From: Dimorphilus gyrociliatus | Lineage: Eukaryota; Animalia; Annelida | Assembly (NCBI GenBank): GCA_904063045.1 | Contig: CAJFCJ010000028.1 | Coordinates: 873,230-937,229, forward strand | DNA length: 64,000 nucleotides | Reading direction: 5' to 3' | In this document: piece after piece, positions 46,156-60,217 of the stretch | How the letters are laid out: each line of letters begins with the position of its first letter | Numbering within the stretch: the stretch's first letter is position 1 | The notes under the pieces: model-generated | Told to the model about the DNA's origin: nothing | The model's database searches: none | The model's input: the letters and a program-made list of their open reading frames with translations, nothing else | Position numbers and translations under genes: made by a program

Positions 46156-48050
46156 AAAGTAAAAATCCCTGCATTTGTACATATAGAAGTAGCATTCAAG
46201 ACAGTAATTCATCAACTAAACATAACTAAAACATAACGTCAATATCTCTCTCTCTCTCTCTCTCTCTGTCTGTCTGTCTCTTATTTCATTTCTTTGTTTA
46301 AAAGAGAAAAAACAAGCACTTTACTCTTTTATACTCCGTCTTGTAGAGACTGTATACAAAAAAAAATCCATAAAAACTTGTAATATTCAATTAATATTGA
46401 TTGATTATTAACGAATTAATATTCAAAAAAATAGTGAATAGTCTATTATTAACTATATTAACTTACAGTGAACACTTATATTAATGTAATCATTACAAGA
46501 TAATGCACTTTATGTTTATGTTATCTTTTGCTATATTATTTTTCTTTTTCTGCTGAAATCTTTAAGAGAGCAAAGCATTCTTAAATCGTATTGAAGCTGT
46601 TTAAATTCAATCTTTACCCCAGTTTTTTTAATATCTTTTTACTCGTATAAAAAGTGCATCGTACAGTATACACAGTATATATATAAATACAAATGTATTA
46701 ATAATAAAGCAGAGAAAATATTGTCTTTCTTAGAAATCATCTTTTAATATACAGTTTATTCATATTCTATTCTCAGTTTTGTTGTTTCTCTCTCTCTCTC
46801 TCTCTTTCCTTCTATAACTCACAAAAAACGGCTAATATTCATGAATTAATTTAATAAAATTTCATACGAAACAAATGTCCCTATCAATAAGATTAACAAG
46901 AAACGTTGCTAGATAATTCTAAACTACCACTCTAAATAAAAGATCTTATGTATAAAAATAAAGAGTTTTCCTATAATAAAGATTATAGCAGGCTGATAGT
47001 TTTCTTTTCATCAATTCTATTATGATGGGGAGGAGTGGAATAGATAGAAAAAGTACAAACGGGAAAATGAGTAGGAAAAGAATAAAGAGGAGGGAGGGAG
47101 GGGGAAGAAAGAGTAGTAAGATAAGAGCGATTGTTTCTGTCAATTGTTAAAGGCCTAATATAACTTTTTTTGCTTAATTTTACTTTGAATACTGAATGCA
47201 AATATATTCTCTGGAGAAAAGTTAGGCATAGTTAATTTAATATTTCATTCCCCGAAATTTAACAATTTATATTGTAAATAATGGTAATTTTTTGATTTTT
47301 TTCTTTAGACAACATAAAATTGTTTAGTTTGTTTTTTTTTAAAAGACAATTCTTCTAAATTGTTCCACTTTTTCCATCTAATTTATTTATTTACTAAATT
47401 ATTCTATTTTATTCTCTCTCCCTTCTCTCTTTGACTCTCTCTCTCTCTCCCTTCACTTTATCTTTCCCTTTGCGACCGTTCTCTAGCTCTTTTAATGAAA
47501 AATTACTTAGGGAACGAACGTTTATTGTTTATTCCTTCTCTTTTTCTTCCTTCCTCATCTTCTTTCTATTAAGATTGAATTTAGTCCAGTCTCAAATCTC
47601 TTTTTTACGTTCTATCCACACAAATCTGAATTGAATAAATGAAAGTATCGAAAGAAAATTCTTCTTTTCCATTATCATGAAATACTTCAATGATGAAATC
47701 TAGTGGTATTTTATCGAGAACAAATATAACATTTCCCAATCAGGGGTCCAATTGACCTGGTTTTTGACCATAAAACTATTTTGGCTCGAACGTTAGCTTT
47801 CTTCTTGAATAAAATTTCCATATAAAGCTAAAAATATATTGTATTTATAGTTAATGTTATTTAAAGCTCTAAAATTATGGGATAGTAGTGCCATCTATCG
47901 CTTTTCTTGAAAATTAAAAAATGATGAGAGACAGAAAATAGAGATTATCTTTTATTTTTAAGACCTATTTCCTCTACCTTTACAATATACAATTCTATTA
48001 AAAACCAATTTAAGAAAATCTATAAAAAAAACCATGAAAAAAAAAAAAGT

Positions 48051-48057
48051 AAAAAAA
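48051..48057 (-). terminator. RNA polymerase III oligo-T terminator of tRNA-Tyr
   Basis: T7 run on the minus strand, 7 nt downstream of the discriminator base. Confidence 0.8.
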
Positions 48058-48064
48058 GGAAACT

Positions 48065-48159
48065 TCCCGCGAGACGGATTCGAACCATCGACCTAAGGAT
48101 TGCTACATCCTCGTATTGACTACTACAGTCCTCCGCTCTACCAACTGAGCTATCGCGGG
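48065..48159 (-). tRNA. tRNA-Tyr(GTA): tRNA-Tyr (anticodon GTA) with 22-nt intron at canonical 37/38 position
   Basis: Minus strand CCCGCGA TAGCTCAGTTGGTAGAGC GGAGGA CT GTA G [intron 48101-48122] A TCCTT AGGTC GATGG TTCGAAT CCGTC TCGCGGG A; 73 nt mature; intact A and B boxes and acceptor stem. Confidence 0.97.
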
Positions 48160-48517
48160 CTGATATACAACTGGAAAATTGATCACTATATACCAACATT
48201 CCGTCATTTTTTATTAGCCTAAATATACTTTATTTAATTTTATGTATGTATTTCTAGTGTTTAAAAAAACCGGTGTTATAGCTGATAATACAGAAATTCG
48301 GTGTATTTTATTAAAAGTAAATAGTCTTTAAAGCATTTATTATTGTTTATAATAATGTATTGATTATACTTTTATCAAGCATCTATATAGTAGAATACAG
48401 TGAAAGAAAAGAAATATCTAAAAAACATATAAGATAAAGAATGTTTCGTTTTAGTAAGATAATATAAACCGGTATAAGAGTATTCAAATTCTTTTTCGTT
48501 CAAGTGTATTAAAGCAG

Positions 48518-51500
48518 TTATCTATTGATTTCCTGATGAATCTCTTGAATGATTTTACCAAGATCTTTTACCTCTTTAGTAAGTTCGGTTTGGAATAGAA
48601 AATCTAATCTTCTATGATGTTCAAATTTTCTTATTAGATCTCTAATATTGTTTTTGAATTCGTTTTTACATTCAATTAAATTCAATTCCAATTGGGATAA
48701 TCGTTCTTCAAGATCATCCAACTTGTTCATAGATGTAACGTTAATTTCTTTATGAGTACAATTAAATGCAATCTTCAAGTTTTCTCTTTCCTTATCATTC
48801 GTATTATAATTGCCATTTTCAGCAAACTTCTTCTGAACTATTGATCTCAATCCAAAGAATAGACAATGATTCCACCAAGGATTTGTATTAATATTTTTAC
48901 AATCTATCGCCCAAGAAGTGTATAGATAGACAGTTGGAATTCCTATTCTATCGTACTTGAGCAATTTTCTATCTTTATCCTTAGTTTCTGCTTCTTTTAT
49001 CGAAGGTAATTCTAAATGTTTTTCACGTTGTCTCTCTACACGATTATGGTTATCGTTAGCACTAATCTGTCCATAGGAATCGGTCCTTTTCTTCTTTGCT
49101 TGATGAGCTCTAGTCCTTCTTCTACAACAGCTACTATTGCATCTTATTATAAGTATCACAGTCCTTATTATTCCTCGAAATACGAGTCTGATGAATGAAA
49201 GTATGCCAAATACTACTATTTTCAAATTAAAAGCATCTAAATCCAGTATTAATTCAATTCTTAATCGTTGAACCTCTAAGTGAGCTCGCTCCCTTAATTT
49301 ATTGACATCATCAACAGCTAAGCCAGTCAACAAATTCATAACAATGATAGGCATAAATACTAGAAAAATTGTAAAGACGATATAAGTCGATTCTGGGAAG
49401 TTGACAAGATATTCCTTCCCCGAATCTTGTTTGTAGGCAAAGAACATATCATTAAAATCGAATTCGCCAGTCATCATTACAAATGTTTTAACAATAGATA
49501 TTCCAAAAGATTCAAAGTAGTACTAAAAATAAGAAAAATCATAGAATATTCATTAATATATTTAATAATATAACCATATTTCTTCGAATTTTTACCTGAT
49601 TTTTTAGTAAAATATGAAAACTGAATCCAAAAGCAAAGATAAATAGGAGCAGTACTGAAAAAAATTGAGAAAAAGTCCTCAAAATAGTTGTAACCATAGA
49701 AACGTAAATGCCAATTAAAGGGAATCGTCTTAATTGAAGTATAAGATTAATCCATATAAATAGTAATGTAACTGATCCAACTTCCCATTGCCATGTTTTC
49801 ATCTAAGCAGAATTTAATCGTGACAATTAAAACTAATACAAATAGAGTGAAAAGTGTAAACTTACATAATTACCAGAGCAGGTAGTGTCATAATTAATTA
49901 TTATGAGTAAAGGACAAAGGTATGTAAACCAATCAAGACCATTCTTAATATGTAAATATCTCCATTTTAGTATAATTATTTGAAATATCTTTATAGGCAG
50001 AAAGGAATCTTATAGAAATGTTATATATTAAGAAAATTACGAGCATCTTTCTTACTTCTAGGAAAATTCCTCCCGCTATAAATATATGTAAGAGTATCAA
50101 AACAATTCGAGTTTCATAGGTTTTTTCACAAAATACATTATCTTTTAAAGGTAGACTCTCGTTCTTTCCATCACTTGCATTATTTCTATAAGATGATAAC
50201 AGAATTATACAGTACTATTGTATATACTGTATAAATTATATAGTGAAATTTTTGTGGAGATAAGCCTCATAACTTACTCTTGTGGTTGTGATGAAGATAC
50301 CAATAAAAACTTGGTAAATAATATAGCATAAACAACATAGCATAGTAAAAAAGCAAGAAAGTAATTTAAAGAATATTTCCAAATACATTCCAGATACTTT
50401 TCGGTTACTATATGTCTCATTAGATCTCCTCTTTCATTTTCGGCCTTTGTAGACGAGTATTATTTAAAAAAAACCAGATATACAGTATATTACAGGAATT
50501 TTTATCAACTTACCATTAAATGTAAAGGGTGAGTCAGTCGTTTTGTAGTTTTACCTTTCCTTTCTTGATCATAGAATGAATCAGCAACAAATTCAAAATT
50601 ATATATTTCGTGATGATGATTATTTTTGCATTTACAATCCCTGACGAATATTGGTTCAGTTTTGTAACTCAATTGATCATCAGCGGAATTAACAATGATA
50701 TTATCTCCGTCATTGAATTTATTATATAGAAATCTAATTTCTCTTGTTGGTTCAGAAAATTCAACCTTTCCAAAATCTGAATATTTATGAATCTCTCTTA
50801 ATTCGTTATCTTTCTCCGATGGTTTAATAACGCATTTATCCAAAGCTAAAAGTGCCATTTCTAGACGAAAACAGTTTGGTTATAAATAATTAAATTTCAT
50901 AGATTTTCATTGCTAAATAATAAACCTGGCATTTTTCTAATCAAATTCTTAAAAGGACTATCAATATATGTCTTTTTCATGAATTTAAAGTAAACTGCTT
51001 CCCTGTTATAGCAATGCCTCAGTAAGTTTGACCATTTATTAGATTCTAATAGCAGCAGTACATCAGCTCTTTAAATCATTGGAAAAGAAGTTATTTAAAA
51101 TAAATAGACAAAGTAATTTTAAAAGCTAAACATACCTCATTCCCATATCTATTGCGTAATCTAAAACGTTTCTTTTATCATCTCTACTTATCATACCATC
51201 AATATGTATATCGTAGTTCAAAAGAGTTTCAAGGACTTTTCTATGTCCTCTCGTTATGGCCTCGTAAGCAGCTTTTGTGCCCCATCCTTGCTGGAAAACC
51301 CAATATTCTTTGATGATCAAATTACTTTTAAAATCAACTTAAATAAAAAAATTATTACACTTTTGATTTCCTTAAATAATTCTCTCTCGCTGTCACCTAT
51401 TTGGAAAAATCATTTGATCACTTACAGAGAAATTTATGAGAATATAGTACAGTATATAAAACCTACATAATCTTTCTTCGTCACTCCTATCCTTCTTTTG

Positions 51501-54020
51501 ATGAAAATTTTTCTCCTCAGATTTGATTGAGAATATTATTTCAAGTAGATAATCCAATATATCATGATTACCTTCCAAAATAGCCCGATCGATGGGCAAA
51601 ACTCTTTTACTATCGGGAATTAGAAGTAACGAACATATCTTGCTGGCGTCCAATTTGCAAAATAGTTCTTTACATGCACTGCAAAAAATAAACTATATTG
51701 TAATAGTTTTATATTTTAGATAACTTACTTAACGTTGTTATTGCATACAGCAATATATAAAGGTGTTTCACCCTTATTATTCCTCACCAAATACCTGGCA
51801 TTGCAGTTCAACAACAACTAAAGTGAGAAAATTTTACAGAGTATTTTATATATGTATTTTCTTATATTAAATATTTACCTTTGTATATAAATGATTATGA
51901 TTTCTGGCCGCAATATGAATAGGTTTCTCTTCCTTACTATCACTATAATTTAAAATATCGTCAAAATTTTCAATAGTATCATAATATTCTTTGGAGAGCA
52001 ATATCTAATCGGAAAAGTCGAGTTTCATTAGATTTCTTTTTATGGGTTTACTTGTTATTGCAATAAATATTATGTTGATCGTATGGTAAGCTAACCTGGG
52101 CTATGTCGATTAAATTATCATCAATGGCTCTAAAAACTACAAAAGGTTCTGGGAACTTTCTAAATTTCTTTAAATAGAATGGTAAAATCTTCTTAAGGAT
52201 AGTTGGTTCGTCGTTAATTACGCAGTAATTAACGGGACTTTTATAACCTTTTGGTAAATATTCTAACAATGGTATTTTATTTTCTCGAATGTAGACTAGC
52301 GTATCTTTTTTGAGTGCATCATTCATTAGCGTAAGAAAAATATCTGATCTAAGAAAAGAAAAAAAAGTCCAATAGAGCATTGATTATATTCAATTATCGC
52401 TTACTCATTTTCAGCAAGAAATTCAATCAAAATCGAATTTTTGTTACAAATTGCCAAGTGAATAATATTTTGATCGTTTTCATCATAAACCTTTACTTTT
52501 TCAAATATTTCTGTGTATTTTTTAAAAGGGGTAATGTAAAGCTAATAAAAGAATAAGATCACGAATGATAAGTTTCCTTACTAAATGAATATTTTTCTTT
52601 ATAAGCTCTAAAAAACGTTTTAATTGCAGCAAGATTTTTTACTTCCACTAAAGACAGTAGTAAAGGATATTTATCCCTGGGAATAAATTGATTTTCTATA
52701 ATGAATAAATGAATAGATATGTTATAGACAAACATAAAGTCTCGTTTAGTATTCAGGCTTACCTTCTTTAAGTAAAAACTTTAAAAGATCTTTATCAAAC
52801 AAATTATAATGAATTATTCTCTTTCCTTCTTGATTTTGTATCTTATACAACTGGAAACAAGATAAAATAGATAAAAGATATTACAAGGTATTATACAGTT
52901 GAAGAAAAACCTGAATACTCTCTTTCTCTGATAGCATCTTCATTAAATACTTCATTTTATGGATTTCTCTTTTGCTAATACTCTCATTTTTATAATGAAA
53001 AGGTGTTGAATGAGTTTCATCCGTTATCACTTTTAATATATACTCTGTATCATTATCTTTAATCTGTTCAAACAGATATTTTGAAACTTGTATTTGTAAG
53101 TTGCTTAATGCTTGAGATAAGTATGTTCTTCCTGAAGAATTTCGGCTCTATAATGAAAGTCAAAATATTCCAAAGTAAGGAACATTATTTCGTAGATTAT
53201 TGATGAAGAGCACTTACTAGCCAACTAAAATTATCATAATGTTCAGATTTCTTAATAAATGAAACTAAATTTTTAATTACACGCCAATGACATCTGCTAT
53301 CAATAGCCGCAAAGAGTATTCTTTCCTTAGACTTTCCAGTCCCATCTATTTTGAACATGTGATCTAGAAAGAATTCTAGAAACTCCATTGAATCGTCTTT
53401 ATTGTGGTTTTCATCTGAAATATTTTAATATAGTATTTAAAAGTTTTATTTAAAACATAACCTTCTCCTACCTTCCGTTGTTATTGTACTAGTCAAATCA
53501 GGATAGCCTTCAAGATCAATCTATTCAGTTGAACACGTTATAAATCTATACACAAGAAACAAACAAAAGTAAAACAAACATTATTTTGCCCTAAACTTCT
53601 AAAATAATAGGAAACTGGTAAGTTATTTTGAGAATCCCTTTCATAGATACCTGAAAATCGTAAGTAAGGTAACGTAGAGTAACGTTGATTTATAAATGAA
53701 ATATTATACGAACGAGCTCCATATGAAAATAGAATTTTTAATAATGAAAGACTATTTTTTGTTGCGGCATAATGCAGTAAACAACGTCCGTAATCGTCTC
53801 GTTTTGTAAGCAAATTATCTAAATCCCATGAATTAATATTTTCCAATTCTTTAATAAGAGAACCTTCTTGATCTTTATCATCTTTAGACCATAGATGAAC
53901 CAACTGGTTATTTTTTAAAAAAAAAATCATGCATTCCACACTAAAATTTAATTAGTTAATTTATCGAACCTCAAAAACTCTATGCTCTATATCTGTAAAT
54001 TCGACAAGAGAAGAGTTCAT
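48518..54020 (-). CDS. TRPA-like ankyrin-repeat cation channel, copy A (~22 exons, roughly 1,350-1,400 aa)
   Basis: First exon 54020-53970 ([17 protein letters not shown]), last exon 49522-48518. Ankyrin motifs ([24 protein letters not shown]), [47 protein letters not shown], pore MMTGEFDF, S6/TRP-like [18 protein letters not shown]-terminal coiled coil. All junctions I traced are GT-AG and in phase. Confidence 0.9.
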
Positions 54021-54482
54021 CCTTTGATAAAGATAGTGTTTTGACTTAATGTAGCAAAATGCTTAAGTCAATGCTTTTACCTGTTGACATTTAAAGTACG
54101 AAAAGAATTTTGCGTATATATTGACTACCTAGTAAATATACATGACAAATTCTTTTGTGATTGGCTTACAAGGTCAATTTTACGATAGCAATTTAAATAA
54201 CAACACTTTCCATTTCCCAGTAAAACCACGGAGATAATAGATATTCAAGCGTTATAGCTATTCAATATAAAGTTAGGTATGACTAACTTCTGATTTCGAT
54301 ATTGTTTCAAAGAAGTTGGTCTTAAAGGGTAGACCTTTTATTTTTCTGTGTAATTAGTCATTGGTGGCAGAATCATAATTAATTAAATATTTAAATATGA
54401 TCAAATCGATTTAAATGAAAATTTAATTATTTATTAATAATAATAAAGCGCTCTATGCAATTTACAAACACTATATTTGACA

Positions 54483-57400
54483 TTATTTTGGCAATTTTTG
54501 TTGATCAATTTTTACCTCAAGATCTTTCAAATTTTGTCCCAGATTCTGTACTTCTCTAAGTAGATTCTCTTGAAAGCCGCTTTGATATTTAACTAAGTTA
54601 GATTCTAGTAGGGAAAATCGTTCTCTAAGATTATTAAACTCTTGCTTTGTTACAATTTCATTTTGTCTTTGATTCTCTAAGAAAGTTTTCTCCAGGGTTT
54701 CTCTATTCTTATCATTCAGAATATTTTCATCATCTTCATTAATTTTCTTTTGAACTATCGATCTTAGTCCAAAAAGGAGAAAATGATTCCACCAAGGATC
54801 CGAATTTCTATGTTTACATTCCAGTGCCCAAGATGTGTAGAGATAGACTGTGGGAATACTTATCCTGTCGTAGACTTTTCTATTGGAATTGAATTTCATT
54901 ACTACTGATTGATCAATTGAAAATAATGCGTTGCATCTTTCCACAGCTTCTCTGGGAACCATTTGAAAATTCGCTTTTTGATTGTCCCGGTTATTAGTAG
55001 TGTTTCGCCTTTGCGCGCATAGGGTACAGTAGCACACACATCTACGTCCTGTAATGTGTTTGAAAAATGTAAGTACTTTATAAAACAATCTTTTTTTATC
55101 ATAAACGTTCAAGTCCAGAGTTAATTCGATTCTCAGTCGTTGAACTTCTAAATGGGCTTTCTCTCTTAGCTTATTAACGTCATCCACAGCCAGAGCGGTT
55201 AATAAGTTCATAATGATGATAGGCATAAATATTAAAAATATAACGAAAATAATATAAGATGATGTTGGAAAATTAACGAGATGTTCACTTCCCGCATCAT
55301 CTTTATGAGCATAGAATAGACTTGTAAATTCAATTTCTCCAATCATCATAACTGTAATCTTAACAAGAGACTCTCCTATACTTGAAAAATAGTACTAAAA
55401 TACGAAAAATACAAACAAATAGTTGTATAATTAACATAAAAGGAATAACAAACCTGATTTTTAAATAATGCATGAAAACTTAAAGCAAAAGCCGTAATGA
55501 AAAGTAAAAATACAAGAAAGAATTGAGTGAATGTTTTCAAAATAGTTGTAACCATCGAAACGTAAATACCAATTAAAGGAAAACGTCTAAATTCGAGTAT
55601 TAAGCTTATCCATAATAAAAATAGAATGATCGTACCAAATTCCCATTGCCATACTTCTATCTATAAAATATAAGTAATAGTAGTTAGCATATAGTAATTA
55701 GTTTTATTCACCTCAATTTCAGAGCAAGTTTCATGAACATTAATTATAACCATTAAAGGTGAAATATACGTAAACCAATCCAAGAAATTCTTAAAATTTA
55801 TGTATCTCCATTTAAGAATTATAATTTGGCAAATCTAACATTAAATTAATCAAATAATTAATGCCTTAGATTAATTAATTAATAGTTAACCTCTAGAAAT
55901 ACTCCAATACATATTAGAATAATAAAGGCAAACCATAAGTAATTAAATGGCTTGTTGGTTGGACAATCTCTTTCGAAATTTTCACTAAACGTAAAATTCA
56001 TTAATCGTTCTCTTGAAAATTTTGTTGATAACATGAATAGTATTTCAGTAAATAATCCAACGTAAACGCAATAGTATAATAGAAAGAACAGAAAATAAGA
56101 AAATGAATATTTCCATATATAATTAAGGTATTTTTCGGTAACTTTATGTCTCATTAGATCTCCTCTTTCATTTTCAACCTATTATTTACATTATGTATGT
56201 CTTAATAACATGTATATAAATATTATTTCTATTCAATAAATACCATTAATTGTAGAGGATGCTCTAATCGTCTTGTAACATTGCCAACTAATTCTTTATC
56301 GTAGAATGAATCGGCTACAAATTCAAAATTATACATTTCGTGATGACGATCACTTGTACAATCGCAGTTATCGATATATTCTGGTTTGCTGTGGAATTGA
56401 TTCTCCTCTTTCCCATTTAAATTAACGACAAAATTTCCTCCTTCATCTAATTTACTATGAACAAATTTAATCTCCCTTATTGGTTCAGAAAGTTCATTGC
56501 TTTCCTCAAAGCTCTTGTATTTAAGTTCCTCTTGAATTTTATTATCTTGTCCCGACGGTTCAATAATGCATTTGTCTAAAGTTAGCAATGCCAATTCTGC
56601 ATATGGAGAAAAGTTCAAAAGTGTTTCTCTCTATTGAAACCCTATTCTTTATAATTTATATTAACCTGGCATCTTTCTGATTAACTTTTTAAAAGGGCTG
56701 TCAATATAATATTTCTTAAGACATTTTAATACGGTTTTCTTCTCTTTATAGCAATGTCGTAACAGATTTGACCATTTATTAGATTCCAACAGTATTTTAA
56801 CCTCTTCTCTACGAAAATTGATGAAACATTATTACATAGTCAAAGAGAATATCGGAAATATGAACAATTAATGTTCAATAACTATTATCTTACTTCATTC
56901 CACTATCGATTGCGAAATCTAAAATATTTCTTTTATCAGTCTCACTCAGGACACCGTACGGGTAAATATCATATTTTAATAAGATTTCAAGCACTTCCCT
57001 ATGACCTTTTGTTATGGCTGTGAAAGTTGCATTTGTACTCCATCCTTGCTGTTACGTTAATACAAAATATAACATTCATCGTGTTTGGCAATACTATTAA
57101 TAAGAAATATAAGTAATTACACTTTGTATTATATTTAATAGATTCTCTTTTGCTTTGCCTATAAGAAAAGAAACGGTAAAGATATTTATACATAGTGTAT
57201 ATTCGAACAATTAAGGAGACAATGGACTTACTTAAATTCTCTTCAGAGAGATTTACACAAGTACTTTCTTCAAAGCAAATTAAGAATATCTTATTCATAA
57301 AATAAGCCAGTACTGTACTATATCCATTCGAAATAGCTACATCAATGGGAAGAATATTTCTGTTGTCAGTTTTCAACATTAATGAAGAGAATTCTATTGT

Positions 57401-59832
57401 GTTCAAACTATTTAATAATTCCTTGCAGACCCTAATAGAAAAAACATAAATTGTTCTTAGCTAGTATAAAAAATCTTTGTGATAAAATGATAATATCTTA
57501 CATAATATTATTATTTTTCACAGCTAGAAATAGAGGAGTTTCACCATCGTTATTTTGAAGTGAAATATTTACACGTTTAGATAGTAATAACTGGAAAAAA
57601 TGATATAAAGAAACTTGTCAAAAATGTCTTTATCTTATAAGAAAGATGTAAAAAATTTCAATTATAAAATATTGAAAATACTTTTGTAAAGAAATGATTC
57701 TCGTTTTTAGCTGCTAAGTGAATAGGCCTATCCCCATTATCATCTCTAAAATTCATCAATTCATCAAAATTTTCAACATTCTTATAATTCTCCTCCGATA
57801 GTAAAACCTTAAGATAGATAGATACTTTATTTACAAGTAAACGTATTAAGACACATTTCTTACCTTTAATAAATCAAGTAAATTATCTTTAATAGCTTGA
57901 AATACTATAGAAGATTCGGCAAATTTTCGAAATTTATCCAAGTAAGAAGGTAAAAGTCTTTCTAAAATTTTCGATTCTTTTTGAATAACGCAATAATAAA
58001 TTAGACTACAATAATTATTCGGTAAAGTTGTCTTTGATCTATTCCAGTTGTATCTTTGATATAGAATTTCATCTCTTTCGCATATATCATCTAATAATTT
58101 TTCAACAATACTTCGCCTGCAAAAACATTGAGCAATTAATTAATTGAATGATGGTTGTAAATTTTTAACTATTACGCCTACTCATTATATAAAAGATAAT
58201 CTATTAGTGTCAGATTTTTATGCTCAATTGCTTTATATATAATATTTTGCTTATTATCATCGCATTCAATGACTTTTCCGACATGTCCTGTTGAAAAATA
58301 GAAGACTAAGTTTTCTTATAAACTTTATACTGTATAATAAAAAAACATGAATTTCTTTTACCATTGTTGGGAAATGTTTGTTTTAAGATTTCAAACAATT
58401 TCTTTATTGCTTGAATACTCTGAACTTCGGCAAATTGTATAACTAAAGGATAATCATCTTCAGCTTGAAATTGATTGTCTAAAAGTTGAAATATTACATT
58501 TTGTTTGATTAGTTATTAACAATTGAATTACCTTCTTGCATTAAAAAGTCCAATGAATCTTTATCAAAGATATTATAATGAATTATTCTCTTTCCAGCAT
58601 TATTCTTTATTGTGAATAACTGTCAAAAGTATGAGAATCGAATCAATTTCAAGTTATCTTCTTTAAAATTGTATATTTAAAAACAATAGAATATACTTGA
58701 ATATCTTTATTTTCTGAGAGAATTTTTATTGATTCCTTCAATTTTTCAATACCGTGTTTACTGAGATTTTCAAATTTATAATGAAATGGTGTTGAATTAA
58801 ATTCATCAGTAATCATATCCATAATATATTCAGTTGATTTTTTCTTTACAAGACTGAATAGATATTTTGCAACTGATAATTGAAGAGTATTTAGAGACAG
58901 GAATAATGCTGTTTTTCCAGAATCTTTTCGGCTCTATTTAATAGAATATACACATTCAAGTTATTATATATAGTATATTAACAAAGAAAGAAGTTATACT
59001 AACCAGCCAGTTGAAAAATCCCTCTTCAGTTTTTGAACTTTGAATTAGAATGACTATACTCTTAACGATTTCTTCATTACATCTGTTTTGAACCGCAGTT
59101 AACAATATTGTATCTTTATTAATATCCTTCCAATCTTTCTTGAATAAATCAGCCAAATGATATTCAAGGTATTCAAACTTTTCATTTGAATCTTTAAAAT
59201 CTATTTTTAAATAATAATGATATAAGAAACTTGTTAGCAAAAATCGATATAAACATATTTAAGTCTATAAATTCTTCTCTATTTTACCTGTCTCTATTGT
59301 CGTTTTCGGATCAGTTTTATCTTCATTCTATAAATGAAATTTGATAGGCTGATCTACAAATGTATAAACAATAAAAAAGATATATCGTTACTTACATTAT
59401 TTCGCTTTAACTTGTGAAATACGTATGTTAAAGGAAAATTATTGTATGAATCTCTCTCTCGGAAGCCTATTAAATAGATTAATACTTATAAATATTATTG
59501 TTTTCAGACGATATAAAAAAACTTACTTGCTCCATGTGTTTTAAGAATTTTACATAATTTCCAACATCGTTTACTAGCAGCGTAATGAACTAGACAATAA
59601 CCCAAGTTATCTTGTATTTTAAATAACACTCTTTTTTCTATATCTGATAAACTGTTCAAGTGATTTTCGAGATCGATTAAGGTTTCTTCGCTTTCATTAT
59701 TCCAATTTTCAGTTAACTATATACGTAATAGTTATTTATTTATATCCATTTATATTTCTAATCTAAAAATATTACACAAACCTTGAAGACTTCTTTCTGT
59801 TTCTCTGTTAAATCGTCGTTAAAAACCTCCAT
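54483..59832 (-). CDS. TRPA-like channel, copy B (~21 exons)
   Basis: First exon 59832-59782 ([17 protein letters not shown]), last exon 55394-54483. Exon-by-exon homology to copy A; pore MMIGEIEF; [17 protein letters not shown]. Confidence 0.9.
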
Positions 59833-60217
59833 TTAACATTAGTAAATCAATTATAGTAAAATATAATTAGTTTATTTATCATTAAGTAAATAGGAAAACG
59901 TGTGAAGGTGGGACGACGTTGAAAACATAAAACAGCAGGAATTTTTTATGATTTTGTTCGTCTTCAACGAGAAAAGGTCTATTCACTAGACTGTAGGATA
60001 TTTGAATAACAACGTACTTCCTTTGTTAAACAAATGTCTCAAGCAATATTGCTGAAGAGTATGAAAAAATAGTACAAAATTTCATATCTAAAAATAGATA
60101 TTTAATTTGTGCAAAAATGCTTTATTTAGAATTAAAAACAATAGTTTACAAGGTAAAAAAAAACCATAAAAAACAAAACAAAACAAGATAAACTTGAATT
60201 CATTATGATTTACACCT

